A stretch of 64,000 nucleotides of DNA, from the NCBI RefSeq assembly GCF_028368995.1, contig NZ_JAQNDL010000001.1:3680001-3744000 (forward strand). The letters are read 5' to 3'. Of the stretch, positions 30,810-41,658 are shown one piece after another. Below the pieces are notes generated by a model. That model was given only the letters and a program-made list of their open reading frames with translations. It was not told the origin of the DNA and did not search any database. The stretch's first letter is position 1, and every line of letters begins with the position of its first letter. Made by a program: the position numbers and the translations under genes. The DNA comes from Nannocystis bainbridge (GTDB lineage: Bacteria > Myxococcota_A > Polyangia > Nannocystales > Nannocystaceae).

Positions 30810-30962
30810 TCACGGCTCCCGTTCGCACGCGCCCTCGAGCCGGCGCACGAAGGTGTCGCGCTCGTGTCGCCAGCGCACGCCGACGACCGCGGCGGCGACG
30901 ATGCTGGCCATGGCGAGCAGGCAGGTGAGCTGGGCGAACAGCCGCGCGCTTCGTTCGGTCAC
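30810..30962 (-). CDS. 50-aa single-TM small protein (below the ORF-track cutoff)
   Basis: GTG overlaps the upstream TGA; MTERSARLFAQLTCLLAMASIVAAAVVGVRWRHERDTFVRRLEGACEREP*; ends 1 nt before the TlpA start. Confidence 0.7.
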   Translation of the reverse strand: MTERSARLFAQLTCLLAMASIVAAAVVGVRWRHERDTFVRRLEGACEREP

Positions 30963-32062
30963 GGCGCGGGCTCCTCGAGGTCGACGGAGATCGGCGGCTT
31001 GTACTCATCGCCGAGGCAGGGGATCGGGATGACGAAGACGACGCGGTTGACGGCCGAGAACAGGGCCTGCCAGGCCGGGGTGGTGCGATCGTCGAGATCG
31101 ATCGCCCCCTCGAGCGCGGCGCGCAGCTCCTGGGCGCTGGTCGGATCGGCGGTGACGAGCGGTGAGATCGCAGGCGGTCGGCCACCCGGATCCATCAAGT
31201 AGGTCTGACGATAACGCGCGGGCTCGATGGTCCGCGTATTGGGCAGGCCGAACGAACGGATCCGGACGCGTCGACGATCGCGCTCGGTCTCGGGCACGCC
31301 CTCGTAGAGCACGAGGTCGAGCAGGTTCTCGACGAACTTGATCCGCGCCAGCGACAGCCAATGATTGGCTTCGGCGTCACCGTCGGGGCTGGCGCGACCG
31401 ATGACGAAGATCTGCTTGGCCTCGCGCAGCGGTCCGGCGAACCGCCGCACCTGGTCGAGGTAATGGGCGAGGACCTCCTGCGCCGGCCAATCCTTGCGCT
31501 TCAGGTTGGGCTGGCCGCTCGGGAAATGAACCGCGAAGCGGTCAGGGAAGGCCGAGAGCAGCAGGTCGAATTTGTCATCCTCGAGCGCGAGCTGCTCCCA
31601 TTCGGCGGTCGTGCAGGCGCCGGCCGAGACGATGTCGGCGACGGTCGTCTTGCGGGTCGAGCACTTGACCGCGAGCGTCTTGACCGCGTCGGCGAGCGCC
31701 TCGTTCTTCTCGCACACGAGCGGGGTGCGATCGATGCTCTCCGGCGAGGCGCAGCGCAGGTTGTGACAGACGAGGCCGTCCCCGCACTCGCAGTCGCGGC
31801 AGCTGTCGCCCTCGGCGCACAGGACCTCGATCGGCACCGGGACGCAGGCGTTCAGGCGGCAATACTGGCCCGCGGGACAGGTCGCGGTCGCGGGGCGCGA
31901 CAGGTCGCAAGTCGGTGCCGCGGCGGTGGCCAGAGGCTGGACCTGGTCGAGCGTGAGGTCGGTGTCGGAGGTGACGAGATAGACGACCGAGGCGACCGCG
32001 ACCGCCATGGCGACGGTCAGCACGAGCATCATGAGGGTCGCGGGATCGCGGGGCGCGGGCAT
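30959..32062 (-). CDS. TM-anchored Cys-rich protein with OmpA-like C-terminal domain
   Basis: TM; CPAGQYCRLNAC..CGDGLVCHNLRC; VHFPSG..FVIGRASPDGDAEANHWLSLAR. Confidence 0.72.
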   Translation of the reverse strand: MPAPRDPATLMMLVLTVAMAVAVASVVYLVTSDTDLTLDQVQPLATAAAPTCDLSRPATATCPAGQYCRLNACVPVPIEVLCAEGDSCRDCECGDGLVCHNLRCASPESIDRTPLVCEKNEALADAVKTLAVKCSTRKTTVADIVSAGACTTAEWEQLALEDDKFDLLLSAFPDRFAVHFPSGQPNLKRKDWPAQEVLAHYLDQVRRFAGPLREAKQIFVIGRASPDGDAEANHWLSLARIKFVENLLDLVLYEGVPETERDRRRVRIRSFGLPNTRTIEPARYRQTYLMDPGGRPPAISPLVTADPTSAQELRAALEGAIDLDDRTTPAWQALFSAVNRVVFVIPIPCLGDEYKPPISVDLEEPAP

Positions 32063-32068
32063 GACGAA

Positions 32069-33382
32069 TCAATCGGCTCTGGCGGGCGGAGCGGCCTGCA
32101 GCTCGACATACATGCCGAGCTCGGCGAACGGGGTGTTGGCGAAGATCCAGAAGGGCGGGCGCGCCGGATCGATCTGGCCGTCTTTGGCGGCATGCACCGC
32201 GATCGCAGGGACCGCCAGGTTCAGCGCCTCGGTGTGCCGCTGGTGAGCGGTGATCGTGGCGAGCACGCCGCGGTCCTCGTCGATGCAACGAAACAATGGA
32301 TTGCTGCGGTCGTCCGGATCGATCTCCATGCCGAGGTCGACCGCGCGGTTGCCGACGCGCTCGGCGGTGAACAGCGGCTGGCCGGCCTGGCGATCGTCCT
32401 GCAAGGCGAACAGGCCGCCGAGCAGGCGGAAGCCGGCGCCCGGATTCAGCTTCTCCATGCATTCGGCCGCGCGCGCGGCGAGGCAGGCGTTGTCGTCGCG
32501 GGCGCGATCGTCGGTGCGCACGAACCCGGCCGGGAAGGCCACCGGATCACAGGCGTGGCGCGGCGCGTGGTAGATCCACAGCTGGACCGGCCGGGAGAAT
32601 TGATGGTTGCGCAAGGCGTGGGCGAGCTGCTTGAACTTGCGCTTGCACGCGCTGCACGACATGTCGAGATAAGCCGCGAGGATCACCGGCGCGTCGGCGG
32701 GCCCGAGGCGGATCGGCGCGATCGGCGAGGGCTCGGCCTGCTCGGGGCAGCCGTCGCGCACGCTGACGGTGTGGCGCATGCCGTGATAGGCGAGCGACTG
32801 CACGCCGCTGGCGATCGTCAGCAGCATGCCGAGGCGGAACCCGGCGTCGATGAGCGAGGCGCGGCGATGACGAAACGCGATGCTCAGGCCGAACTGCTCG
32901 CGCGGGTCGGCGGTGCGCCGCACGACCGCCGCGAATATCAACAGGAGCAGGGTGACGACGTACAGCGACAGGCAGAACGGACAGGGCGATTGCAGGATCG
33001 CAAACGCGTACACGGCATAGACGAGGCTCACCAGCGCGACCAGGAGCGCCATGCCCCACAGCAAGCCAGCGGCGCAGCCGCCGAGGAAATCGTGCCGGAC
33101 CAGCTGGCCGATCGCCAGTACCACCATGCACGCGTAGGCCGCCGTGCCCCAGGCGCTGATCGGCAGGCCGCCGACGATCGACCATGCCGCCCCGAGAGCG
33201 TCCTCGCAGCGCATCTCGCCGACCTGACAGCCGCCGCTCGGGGCGAGGCATGGGGTATAGACAATGCGGAATTTCAGGACGGTCAGGTAGGCGCCGATCG
33301 AGGCGCCGACGAGTCCGAGCATGGCGCAGGCGATCAGCGCTTGCCGGTAGAGGCCGGCGACAGCGAGCCGGGCGGTGCTCAT
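32069..33382 (-). CDS. VKOR family protein fused to a DsbA/thioredoxin domain
   Basis: Loop cysteines, WSIVGGLPISAWG and CPFC (VKOR); GPADAPV..YLDMSCSAC (DsbA-like). Confidence 0.88.
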   Translation of the reverse strand: MSTARLAVAGLYRQALIACAMLGLVGASIGAYLTVLKFRIVYTPCLAPSGGCQVGEMRCEDALGAAWSIVGGLPISAWGTAAYACMVVLAIGQLVRHDFLGGCAAGLLWGMALLVALVSLVYAVYAFAILQSPCPFCLSLYVVTLLLLIFAAVVRRTADPREQFGLSIAFRHRRASLIDAGFRLGMLLTIASGVQSLAYHGMRHTVSVRDGCPEQAEPSPIAPIRLGPADAPVILAAYLDMSCSACKRKFKQLAHALRNHQFSRPVQLWIYHAPRHACDPVAFPAGFVRTDDRARDDNACLAARAAECMEKLNPGAGFRLLGGLFALQDDRQAGQPLFTAERVGNRAVDLGMEIDPDDRSNPLFRCIDEDRGVLATITAHQRHTEALNLAVPAIAVHAAKDGQIDPARPPFWIFANTPFAELGMYVELQAAPPARAD

Positions 33383-35334
33383 GGCTTGCCCGCCTTGTCG
33401 AGCGGCACGGGCACGAAATCGGCGCTCGACTGCGTCAATGTGTAGACAAACGCACCCCCGCGCGGGCTCTTGCCGAATGGGAACGACAGGGCCTTGCGAA
33501 AGCAGGCGCGAAGCTCACCATCGGCCGAATAGACGCGAATGTCCGCTGTGCCGCCCGGAGTGACATCGACGCGGAACTTGACGCTGGAGGTGACGCGGCC
33601 GCCCGTCATCATGCAGGTGGTACGCAGATACTTGAGCTGCTGGGCGATCTCCGAGCGCGCGGCCGTATAGGGGAAATTGGCCTCGGGCCGCGGCTTCGCA
33701 GGTGGAAGGTCGGTAGGCGGAGGTACTGGTGCTGAAGGCTGAGCGTCGGTCGGCGAAGGAGGCTTGGGTCCGGGTGACGTTTGCTTCGACTCGGATGCCG
33801 GCGGCGTTTGCGTTGACTCGGAGACCGGCGCGTCTTGCTTCGCCTTCGAGGGCGGCGCGTCTTGCTTCGCCTCCGGGGACGACGGCGGGGTTTGCTTCGT
33901 CTCCGGCGACGGCACGTTTTGCTTGGCCTCGGACGGAGACGGCGGATGGACCTGCGTGGCCTCGCCGGGCTCCGGCGCGACGATCGGCGCGGGTTCGCTG
34001 GGTGCTCGCTGGGTCTCGAGCGACGGCGGAGGTGCCTCGTGGGGCGCGTCCTTCGGCGCAATCTCGGCCGAGCCGCCGGTGAGACGCGGGTTCGTCCGGC
34101 GTTGCGTCGGGGAGCGCAATTCGGGTGACTTCGCGGGCGGGTGGTCGACGAGCGTGGGCGCGTTGGCCGTGACGACGTCGGGCGAGGCGTCGGCGGGCTT
34201 TACCAGCTGTGTGGCGACCACGAAGATGCCGATGGTCGAGAGCAGCGTGACGGCTCGGGCGGCGACCGCCCGCGGCGCGACGGTCTCAGCGGTCGAGCCG
34301 TGGCCCATGAGCGGGAACGGCCGGGGCTCTCCGCTCATCACACTGCCCTGAGGCAGCACCGCCGTCGCCGGCAGGCTGAAGGCCGCGCCCGAGACGCCGG
34401 CGCGGCGGATCCCCAGCACCGCGCAGATCGCCTGCGCCAGCTCGTCCGTGCTGGCATAGCGCTCACTGGGGTTCGCGGCCAGAGCCCGGAGGATGATCGC
34501 GTCGACGGCGGCAGGGATCGCCAGCTGCGGCGCGACACGGCTCGGCGGGATCCGCTCGCCGAGCACGTGCTTGCCCATGACCTCGAACGCGCTGTCGCCC
34601 CGGAACGGAGCGACGCCCGTCAGAAGCTTGTAGAGGGTGGCGCCGAGCGCATAAATATCGGTGCGTATGCCAGCCCGGGCGTCACCGGTGACGAGCTCCG
34701 GCGCGAGATAATCGGGCGTGCCGATCACCGTGCCCTTCTGCGTCGGGCCGGTGGGCGCGTCCACGTCGCGGGCGATGCCAAAATCGATAATCTTGATATG
34801 ATCGGGGTTGTCGTCGATCGTGATCCGGACACAATTGCTGGGCTTGATGTCGCGGTGAATAATGCCCTGGCGGTGAGCGCTGCCGAGGCCGCTGCACAGC
34901 TGCAAGGCGATCGGCCCCAGCCGCGTCCACGGCAGCGGACCCTCGCGTCGGAGCAGCACCTCGAGATCCTCACCGCGGAGGTACTCGAGCACGAGATAGA
35001 GCTCCCCGTGCGGCAAGGTCCCGACGTCGATGGCGTGCGCGACGTGGCTGCTGCGGACCTCCATCATGGCGCGCGCCTCGTTGAAGCACCGCGTCTGCAG
35101 CTCACTGCCGCGAGCAGGATGCGCCTCGACGACCTTGATCGCCAGCGACGCGCCCGTCCGCAAGTGCTTGCCGAGATACACGCGCCCCATGCCACCAGCC
35201 CCGAGCTTGCGCTCGACGCGATAGCGTCCCTCGATCTCGAGGCCGATGTACGGATCGGCCGGCGTCCGCCGCATGTTCGGTGCAGTGGCGGCGTCGTCGT
35301 CGAAGGCGGCCGCTTGCTCGGGCGGCCGCGTCAT
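33379..35334 (-). CDS. Membrane Ser/Thr protein kinase
   Basis: LGAGGMGRVY, AIK, HRDIKPSN, DFGIA, GTPDYLAPE; TM; Pro-rich EAKQ linker; TonB-C-like terminal domain. Confidence 0.95.
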   Translation of the reverse strand: MTRPPEQAAAFDDDAATAPNMRRTPADPYIGLEIEGRYRVERKLGAGGMGRVYLGKHLRTGASLAIKVVEAHPARGSELQTRCFNEARAMMEVRSSHVAHAIDVGTLPHGELYLVLEYLRGEDLEVLLRREGPLPWTRLGPIALQLCSGLGSAHRQGIIHRDIKPSNCVRITIDDNPDHIKIIDFGIARDVDAPTGPTQKGTVIGTPDYLAPELVTGDARAGIRTDIYALGATLYKLLTGVAPFRGDSAFEVMGKHVLGERIPPSRVAPQLAIPAAVDAIILRALAANPSERYASTDELAQAICAVLGIRRAGVSGAAFSLPATAVLPQGSVMSGEPRPFPLMGHGSTAETVAPRAVAARAVTLLSTIGIFVVATQLVKPADASPDVVTANAPTLVDHPPAKSPELRSPTQRRTNPRLTGGSAEIAPKDAPHEAPPPSLETQRAPSEPAPIVAPEPGEATQVHPPSPSEAKQNVPSPETKQTPPSSPEAKQDAPPSKAKQDAPVSESTQTPPASESKQTSPGPKPPSPTDAQPSAPVPPPTDLPPAKPRPEANFPYTAARSEIAQQLKYLRTTCMMTGGRVTSSVKFRVDVTPGGTADIRVYSADGELRACFRKALSFPFGKSPRGGAFVYTLTQSSADFVPVPLDKAGKP

Positions 35335-35622
35335 TCGAAGCTCCCGGGCGAGGTTGTGGCGATGGCCGAGCTTGGGGAGCTCTCGCTACATGCCTTCGAC
35401 ACCTGCATCATCGTGCCTCCACACCGTTTCGCGTCGCTGCATAGGCGAGTACAGGTCGTCGACGCGTCGCGGCTCCGGCCTATCATCGCGTCCGTCGCGC
35501 TACATGAAGTGGGAACACAGCTGGTCACGCCTGGGCTGTGACGCCGCGGACCGCAAGCCACAGGGCCAGCGGCAAATGGCTCAGAGGCATGGGAGCGTGG
35601 GAGCATGGTCTGAATTCGAGGA

Positions 35623-36987
35623 TCAGAGATGGTCCTGAAAGCAATAAACGTGGAGAGCTGTGCCGCAACCGTGGGGGTTGAGCTTGCCGTCGTTCAGTTC
35701 GGTCCAATCGGCATTGATCGCGGTGGTGACTCCTAGGCGGCCGCTTGGTTCAAGTTCTGGCGATGTCCAGCTTTGGCAATGCTCCTCGCCCGCCTTTGCG
35801 CCGCCTGCGGCGGTGTTGGACCAGACTTTCTTGGGAGCCACCGGGTCCGAACCTGCCTCGGTGAGGTTGATGGCAGCTGCGAGCGTCCCGTCGGTGAGGT
35901 CGGACCAGCCCTTGGCCACCGGGGTGCCATCGACGAGTTGGTACCAGCCGGTGAAAGTTTTGTCGAAGCGCGTGGCGGGGGAGCCGGTGTCGTCGCTCAG
36001 CCACGCGCGCCAGGCGGTGCCGGGGAGCTCGGGAGCAGCGATCATGCCGGCCGCAGCGCACTTCATGTCGGCGCCGGCGAGGCCGCCGAGGTTGCCATTG
36101 TGGATCGTGCTCGTCACGAACACGAGGCGCGGCTTGATGCACGCGTTGCTGCATGCGTCCTCGTCGACCTCGTTGCCGTCGTCGCATTCCTCGCCCGCTT
36201 GCGGGATGCCGTCGCCGCACCGCGTGCAGTCGCTGCGGCATTCGACCTCGTCCTCGTTGCCGTCGTCGCAAGACTCCCCGGCCGCGGGGTTGTGGTGGCC
36301 GTCGCCGCACTCCGCCGGGGTGCAGTCGCTGTCGCACGTCGGGGTCTCGCCGCCCTCGTCGCAAACCTCGGGCGCGCTCACGATGCCGTCACCGCAGCTG
36401 CAGTCGCCGCAGCTCCCGTCCTCGCTCGCCTCCTGACAGACCCCATCGCCGCAGTGCGGCGCCTTGCCCGTGCACGCCGTGTTGCAGGGCGCCTCGTCCG
36501 CGTTTTCCGTGTAGTCGTCCGAGTTCTCCGCCCCGTCGTCGCACGCCTCGTCGGCCGCCGGGTTGTGCATCCCGTCCCCGCACATCGCCGGCGTGCAGTC
36601 CGCGTCGCAGGTCGGCGTGTTGCCGCCCAGGTCGCACGCCTCCGTCGCCTGCATCGCCTTGTCCCCGCACCACTCCGGGTACGTCCCCGTGCAGCTCGCG
36701 TTGCAGTGCTTCGCCCCCGTGTACGCGTCGGAGTTGCACACCCCTTCATCGTCGCAGTCCTGGCCGTCGTCGCACGTCTCCCCGGGGTCCACCACGCCGT
36801 TGCCGCACTGGCCCGGGCCCGTCGTCGTCACGTCCGTCGTCGTGTCCGTCGTCGGGTCCGTCGTGCCGCATGAAGTGGGACCGCAATCAGTCGCGCCAGG
36901 GCTGTCGGAGCTACAGCCGACAACGCCTGAAACAAGTAGCGCGAGCGGAAGCGCGGAGCGGAGCAGTTCGAGAGCCTGGGCGAGCAT
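35623..36987 (-). CDS. Cys-rich repeat (DUF4215-like) lipoprotein with DUF1554-like C-terminal domain, copy A
   Basis: Lipobox VVGC; CGDG..E.CDDG repeats; [26 protein letters not shown]. Confidence 0.85.
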   Translation of the reverse strand: MLAQALELLRSALPLALLVSGVVGCSSDSPGATDCGPTSCGTTDPTTDTTTDVTTTGPGQCGNGVVDPGETCDDGQDCDDEGVCNSDAYTGAKHCNASCTGTYPEWCGDKAMQATEACDLGGNTPTCDADCTPAMCGDGMHNPAADEACDDGAENSDDYTENADEAPCNTACTGKAPHCGDGVCQEASEDGSCGDCSCGDGIVSAPEVCDEGGETPTCDSDCTPAECGDGHHNPAAGESCDDGNEDEVECRSDCTRCGDGIPQAGEECDDGNEVDEDACSNACIKPRLVFVTSTIHNGNLGGLAGADMKCAAAGMIAAPELPGTAWRAWLSDDTGSPATRFDKTFTGWYQLVDGTPVAKGWSDLTDGTLAAAINLTEAGSDPVAPKKVWSNTAAGGAKAGEEHCQSWTSPELEPSGRLGVTTAINADWTELNDGKLNPHGCGTALHVYCFQDHL

Positions 36988-39620
36988 GGATGGGATTGAT
37001 TCAGGGAGTATTCTGGAAGCAGTATAAGTGGAAACTGTTGCTGCAGTTGAGCGGGTTGTTGCCCGCGTCTTCAACGTCGGTCCAGTCCGAGTTCGCCGCG
37101 GTCGTGTCTCCTAGACGGCCTTTTGGTGGAATTGCTGAGGACGCCCAATTATTGCAGTGCTCGGAACCGGCTTTCGCTCCGGCCAAATCCGAATTGGACC
37201 ACGCCCCGAAGGGCTCTCCGGAGATTTGACCGGCCTCGGTGAGGTTGATGGCGGCTGCGAGCGTCCCGTCGGTGAGGTCCGACCAGCCCTTGGCTACTGG
37301 GGTGCCGTCGACGAGCCGGTACCAGCCGGTGAAAGTTTTGTCGAAGCGCGAGGAGGGAGAGCCGGTGTCGTCGCTGAGCCAGGCGCGCCACGCGGTGGCG
37401 GGGAGCTCGGGAGCGGCGGTCATGCCGGCCGCAGCGCACTTCATGTCGGCGCCGGCGAGCCCGCCGAGGTTGCCGTCGAACTTTGCGCTCGTCACGAACA
37501 CGAGGCGCGGCTTGATGCACGCGTTGCTGCATGCGTCCTCGTCGACATCGTTGCCGTCGTCACACTCTTCGCCCACCTGCGGGATGCCGTCGCCGCACCG
37601 CGTGCAGTCGCTGCGACATTCGACCTCGTCCTCGTTGCCGTCGTCGCAAGACTCCCCGGCCGCGGGGTTGTGGTGGCCGTCGCCGCACTCCGCCGGGGTG
37701 CAGTCGCTGTCGCACGTCGGGGTCTCGCCGCCCTCGTCGCAAACCTCGGGCGCGCTCACGATGCCGTCACCGCAGCTGCAGTCGCCGCAGCTCCCGTCCT
37801 CGCTCGCCTCCTGACAGACCCCATCGCCGCAGTGCGGCGCCTTGCCCGTGCACGCCGTGTTGCAGGGCGCCTCGTCCGCGTTGTCCGTGTAGGCGTCCGA
37901 GTTCTCCGCGCCGTCGTCGCACGCCTCGTCGGCCGCCGGGTTGTGCATCCCGTCCCCGCACATCGCCGGCGTGCAGTCCGCGTCGCAGGTCGGCGTGTTG
38001 CCGCCCAGGTCGCACGCCTCCGTCGCCTGCATCGCCTTGTCCCCGCACCACTCCGGATACGTCCCCGTACAGCTCGCGTTGCAGTGCTTCGCCCCCGTGT
38101 ACGCGTCGGAGTTGCACACCCCGTCATCGTCGCAATCCTGGCCGTCGTCGCAGGTCTCTCCGGCCTCGACCACGCCGTTGCCGCACTGGCCCGGGCCTGT
38201 CGTCGTCACGTCCATCGTCGTGTCCGTCGTCGGGTCCGTCGTGCCGCATGAAGTGGGACCGCAATCAGTCGCGCCAGGGCTGTCGGAGCTACAGCCGACA
38301 ACGCCTGAAACAAGTAGCGCGAGCGGAAGCGCGGAGCGGAGCAGTTCGAGAGCCTGGGCGAGCATGGATGGGATTGATTCAGGGAGTATTCTGGAAGCAG
38401 TATAAGTGGAAACTGTTGCTGCAGTTGAGCGGGTTGTTGCCCGCGTCTTCAACGTCGGTCCAGTCCGAGTTCGCCGCGGTCGTGTCTCCTAGACGGCCTT
38501 TTGGTGGAATTGCTGAGGACGCCCAATTATTGCAGTGCTCGGAACCGGCTTTCGCTCCGGCCAAATCCGAATTGGACCACGCCCCGAAGGGCTCTCCGGA
38601 GATTTGACCGGCCTCGGTGAGGTTGATGGCGGCTGCGAGCGTCCCGTCGGTGAGGTCCGACCAGCCCTTGACGACCGGGGTGCCATCGACGAGCTGGTAC
38701 CAGCCGGTGAAAGTCTTGTCGAAGCGCGTGGAGGGGGAGCCGGTGTCGTCGCTCAGCCACGCCCGCCAGCCGGTGGCGGGGAGCTCGGGAGCGGCGGTCA
38801 TGCCGGCGGTGGCGCAAATCATGTCGGCGCCGGCGAGGCCCCCGAGGTTACCCTTGAAGTCCTCCGCCGTCACGAACACGAGGCGCGGCTTGATGCACGC
38901 GTTGCTGCATGCATCCTCGTCGACATCGTTGCCGTCGTCACACTCTTCGCCCACCTGCGGGATGCCGTCGCCGCACCGCGTGCAGTCGCTGCGGCATTCG
39001 ACCTCGTCCTCGTTGCCGTCGTCGCAAGACTCCCCGGCCGCGGGGTTGTGGTGGCCGTCGCCGCACTCCGCCGGGGTGCAGTCGCTGTCGCACGTCGGGG
39101 TCTCGCCGCCCTCGTCGCAAACCTCGGGCGCGCTCACGATGCCGTCGCCGCAGCTGCAGTCGCCGCAGCTCCCGTCCTCGCTCGCCTCCTGACAGACCCC
39201 ATCGCCGCAGTGCGGCGCCTTGCCCGTGCACGCCGTGTTGCAGGGCGCCTCGTCCGCGTTTTCCGTGTAGGCGTCCGAGTTCTCCGCCCCGTCGTCGCAC
39301 GCCTCGTCGGCCGCCGGGTTGTGCATCCCGTCCCCGCACATCGCCGGCGTGCAGTCCGCGTCGCAGGTCGGCGTGTTGCCGCCCAGGTCGCACGCCTCCG
39401 TCGCCTGCATCGCCTTGTCCCCGCACCACTCCGGATACGTCCCCGTACAGCTCGCGTTGCAGTGCTTCGCCCCCGTGTACGCGTCGGAGTTGCACACCCC
39501 TTCATCGTCGCAATCCTGGCCGTCGTCGCACGTCTCTCCGGCCTCGACCACGCCGTTGCCGCACTGGCCCGGGCCTGTCGTCGTCACGTCCATCGTCGTG
39601 TCCGTCGTCGGGTCCGTCGT
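35860..39620. repeat. Tandem triplication with 1378-bp period
   Basis: The block near 36850-37240 recurs near 38228-38618; stops at 35623, 37001 and 38379 are exactly 1378 apart. Confidence 0.95.
37001..38365 (-). CDS. Cys-rich repeat/DUF1554-like lipoprotein, copy B
   Basis: Signal peptide identical to copy A; distal C-terminus identical to copy C. Confidence 0.85.
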   Translation of the reverse strand: MLAQALELLRSALPLALLVSGVVGCSSDSPGATDCGPTSCGTTDPTTDTTMDVTTTGPGQCGNGVVEAGETCDDGQDCDDDGVCNSDAYTGAKHCNASCTGTYPEWCGDKAMQATEACDLGGNTPTCDADCTPAMCGDGMHNPAADEACDDGAENSDAYTDNADEAPCNTACTGKAPHCGDGVCQEASEDGSCGDCSCGDGIVSAPEVCDEGGETPTCDSDCTPAECGDGHHNPAAGESCDDGNEDEVECRSDCTRCGDGIPQVGEECDDGNDVDEDACSNACIKPRLVFVTSAKFDGNLGGLAGADMKCAAAGMTAAPELPATAWRAWLSDDTGSPSSRFDKTFTGWYRLVDGTPVAKGWSDLTDGTLAAAINLTEAGQISGEPFGAWSNSDLAGAKAGSEHCNNWASSAIPPKGRLGDTTAANSDWTDVEDAGNNPLNCSNSFHLYCFQNTP

Positions 39621-39758
39621 CGTGCTGGTGCTCGACTCGGCCGGCGCCCAGCACGGCGCAGTGAGGCATTTGCCTGGCACGTCGGCGCAACCCGTCAGGG
39701 CGGCGAGGACAGCGGTGAGAGCAACGACCGGGAGCGCGGCACGTCGAGAGGCGAGCAC
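38379..39758 (-). CDS. Cys-rich repeat/DUF1554-like lipoprotein, copy C
   Basis: Distinct signal peptide ([23 protein letters not shown]); same Cys-rich stalk; GTG start is uncertain. Confidence 0.8.
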   Translation of the reverse strand: MLASRRAALPVVALTAVLAALTGCADVPGKCLTAPCWAPAESSTSTTTDPTTDTTMDVTTTGPGQCGNGVVEAGETCDDGQDCDDEGVCNSDAYTGAKHCNASCTGTYPEWCGDKAMQATEACDLGGNTPTCDADCTPAMCGDGMHNPAADEACDDGAENSDAYTENADEAPCNTACTGKAPHCGDGVCQEASEDGSCGDCSCGDGIVSAPEVCDEGGETPTCDSDCTPAECGDGHHNPAAGESCDDGNEDEVECRSDCTRCGDGIPQVGEECDDGNDVDEDACSNACIKPRLVFVTAEDFKGNLGGLAGADMICATAGMTAAPELPATGWRAWLSDDTGSPSTRFDKTFTGWYQLVDGTPVVKGWSDLTDGTLAAAINLTEAGQISGEPFGAWSNSDLAGAKAGSEHCNNWASSAIPPKGRLGDTTAANSDWTDVEDAGNNPLNCSNSFHLYCFQNTP

Positions 39759-40494
39759 AGGGTCCGAAGCTAGCGAAGGCGACGCAGCCGCGCAAGGGCT
39801 TCTCTTGCTGGAACCGCGTTCTGCGGTGGGTTCTCTGCGCTCATCGAGGGACTCGACCGCAAGATCGCAAGGATCGGCAGGAGGCGCATGGGTTCGCCCA
39901 CGCACCTCGTGCGCGGGGTCCTGCTCGTCTCGACCAGGAGTCCGGTAGCCCTTGGGCTTACCCCGCGCGAGTATGTTCCACAGGGAGAGCCCGCAGGTCC
40001 CCAGGCTCGCAAATTCCGCCACCTGTCTCAAAGAACTGGTGGCGACGCATCAGCTCCGCGCTCCCTGTGGTCAGAGGCAGCAGAAGCACGCGAGCTCGCG
40101 CCTCGCTACGGTTCAAATCGAGAGAACACGCAGCAGATGTCTGGGCGGGCCCGAAGCGCAATTCACGCGCGATCAGAGCTACGAACCGGATACGCGCGAG
40201 TACAAACGGTCGACAGACTGGCGCACCCCTGAACTTGGCGAGGCGGGCCGTACGCATCAGACTTGAGGATGCGGCCGCGAGGGACAGCGGAGCTAGCGAC
40301 GATCACCTGAGGGTGAGCGGGTACCCGTTGCGAGATTCTCGAGAAATCGCCGGTGGAGCAGCACTGGTCGCATGACCACTGCGGCATGTCACTCGTGCGC
40401 AGCCAAGCGCTGGGACCGCAACAATCTAGACGATTGGGCCGGCCTCGGTCGCACGACCCTGGTTTTTGTGCTGCTGGTGTGGGATGCTCGCAGC

Positions 40495-41658
40495 ATGAGA
40501 CGTTTCACTCAGGGTCGAGCTCGGTTTCTCGCTGCCTGCGCGGGTGGTTTGTGGAGCTCGCTGGGATTGGCTTGTTCAGACTTGTCCGCGGGCACGGACA
40601 CCGCGGGCCCTCAAGCTGATAGCAATAGCGGTAGCACTTCCACGACTACGGAACCGTCGATGACGGACACGACCGGACTGCCGACCTCGACGAGCCCTAC
40701 CGGCGCGTCCATGGCTTCGGACGATGCTCCAGGCTGCGGAAACGGCGTTCTCGAGGGCGAAGAAGAGTGCGATGACGGGAACTTGGAAGTGCGCGATGCT
40801 TGCCTACCCAATTGCGAGACCGCAAGATGCGGCGATGGGGTCGTCTGGACCGGAATGGAAGAGTGCGACGACGGCAACGGGATCGATGACTCGTGTACGA
40901 ACGTCTGCGCCATGGCTGGTTGCGGCGATGGGATCGTCTGGGTCGGGCAGGAGGAGTGCGACGACGGCAACCAGTCGGACCACGACATGTGCACGAACAA
41001 GTGCCAGAAGATCGAATGCGGCGATGGCGCATTGCAAGGCGAGGAAGAGTGTGACGACGGCAACGCGATCGACACAGATGACTGCAGCAACGCATGTGTG
41101 GCATCACGGTTTGTCTTCGTCACATCGATCGACTTCAACGGAGATCTAAAACAGCACACCCAGCAGCCATACTACGTCGATGTGGATGACCAACTCACGG
41201 GGCTGGATCGTGCAGACGCGCTCTGCGAGGCGGTCGCCGAGCACGGTGATTTATCAAGCGAGCGCCCCTGGCGCGCCTGGCTCAGCGATGACACCGGTTC
41301 GCCCTCGACCCGCTTCGACAGCTCGTTCGCTGGCTACTACCGGCTCCTCGACGGCAAACCTGTCACGAAAGGATTCGCAGGGCTGGCCATCTCTCCGCTC
41401 CTGAATGCCATCAACGTGGACGAGGACGGTTCCAACCCGAACGTTACCGGGGCCGCCTGGACGAACACGAATCCAGACGGAACCGTCACCGACATGACGA
41501 ATCACTGCGAAAATTGGACTCAAGGAGGAGAACTTCGCGTCAAGTCTTCCCCCGGCCTTATCGACGTCACGGACGAGACATGGACCATCTACGGCAAGAT
41601 CGTTACCTGTGCTGGCGGCCTCCACCTTTACTGCTTTCAGGATGTTGCCCGCCCATGA
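40495..41658 (+). CDS. Cys-rich repeat/DUF1554-like lipoprotein (divergent paralogue, lower GC)
   Basis: LGLAC lipobox; CGNG/CGDG repeats; [33 protein letters not shown]. Confidence 0.85.
   Translation: MRRFTQGRARFLAACAGGLWSSLGLACSDLSAGTDTAGPQADSNSGSTSTTTEPSMTDTTGLPTSTSPTGASMASDDAPGCGNGVLEGEEECDDGNLEVRDACLPNCETARCGDGVVWTGMEECDDGNGIDDSCTNVCAMAGCGDGIVWVGQEECDDGNQSDHDMCTNKCQKIECGDGALQGEEECDDGNAIDTDDCSNACVASRFVFVTSIDFNGDLKQHTQQPYYVDVDDQLTGLDRADALCEAVAEHGDLSSERPWRAWLSDDTGSPSTRFDSSFAGYYRLLDGKPVTKGFAGLAISPLLNAINVDEDGSNPNVTGAAWTNTNPDGTVTDMTNHCENWTQGGELRVKSSPGLIDVTDETWTIYGKIVTCAGGLHLYCFQDVARP

Noticed and set aside
35331-35606. 91-aa ORF overlapping the kinase start
   Set aside because: Atypical composition and codon usage, no motif.
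36988-37074. N-terminal extensions MKTRATTR.. of copies A and B
   Set aside because: They overlap the upstream gene's 3' end; the lipoprotein signal starts at MLAQAL.
35623-39758. Diversity-generating retroelement acting on the lectin-like C-termini
   Set aside because: No reverse transcriptase or template repeat in the window; A versus B/C differences involve all bases and many synonymous third positions, not adenine-specific changes.
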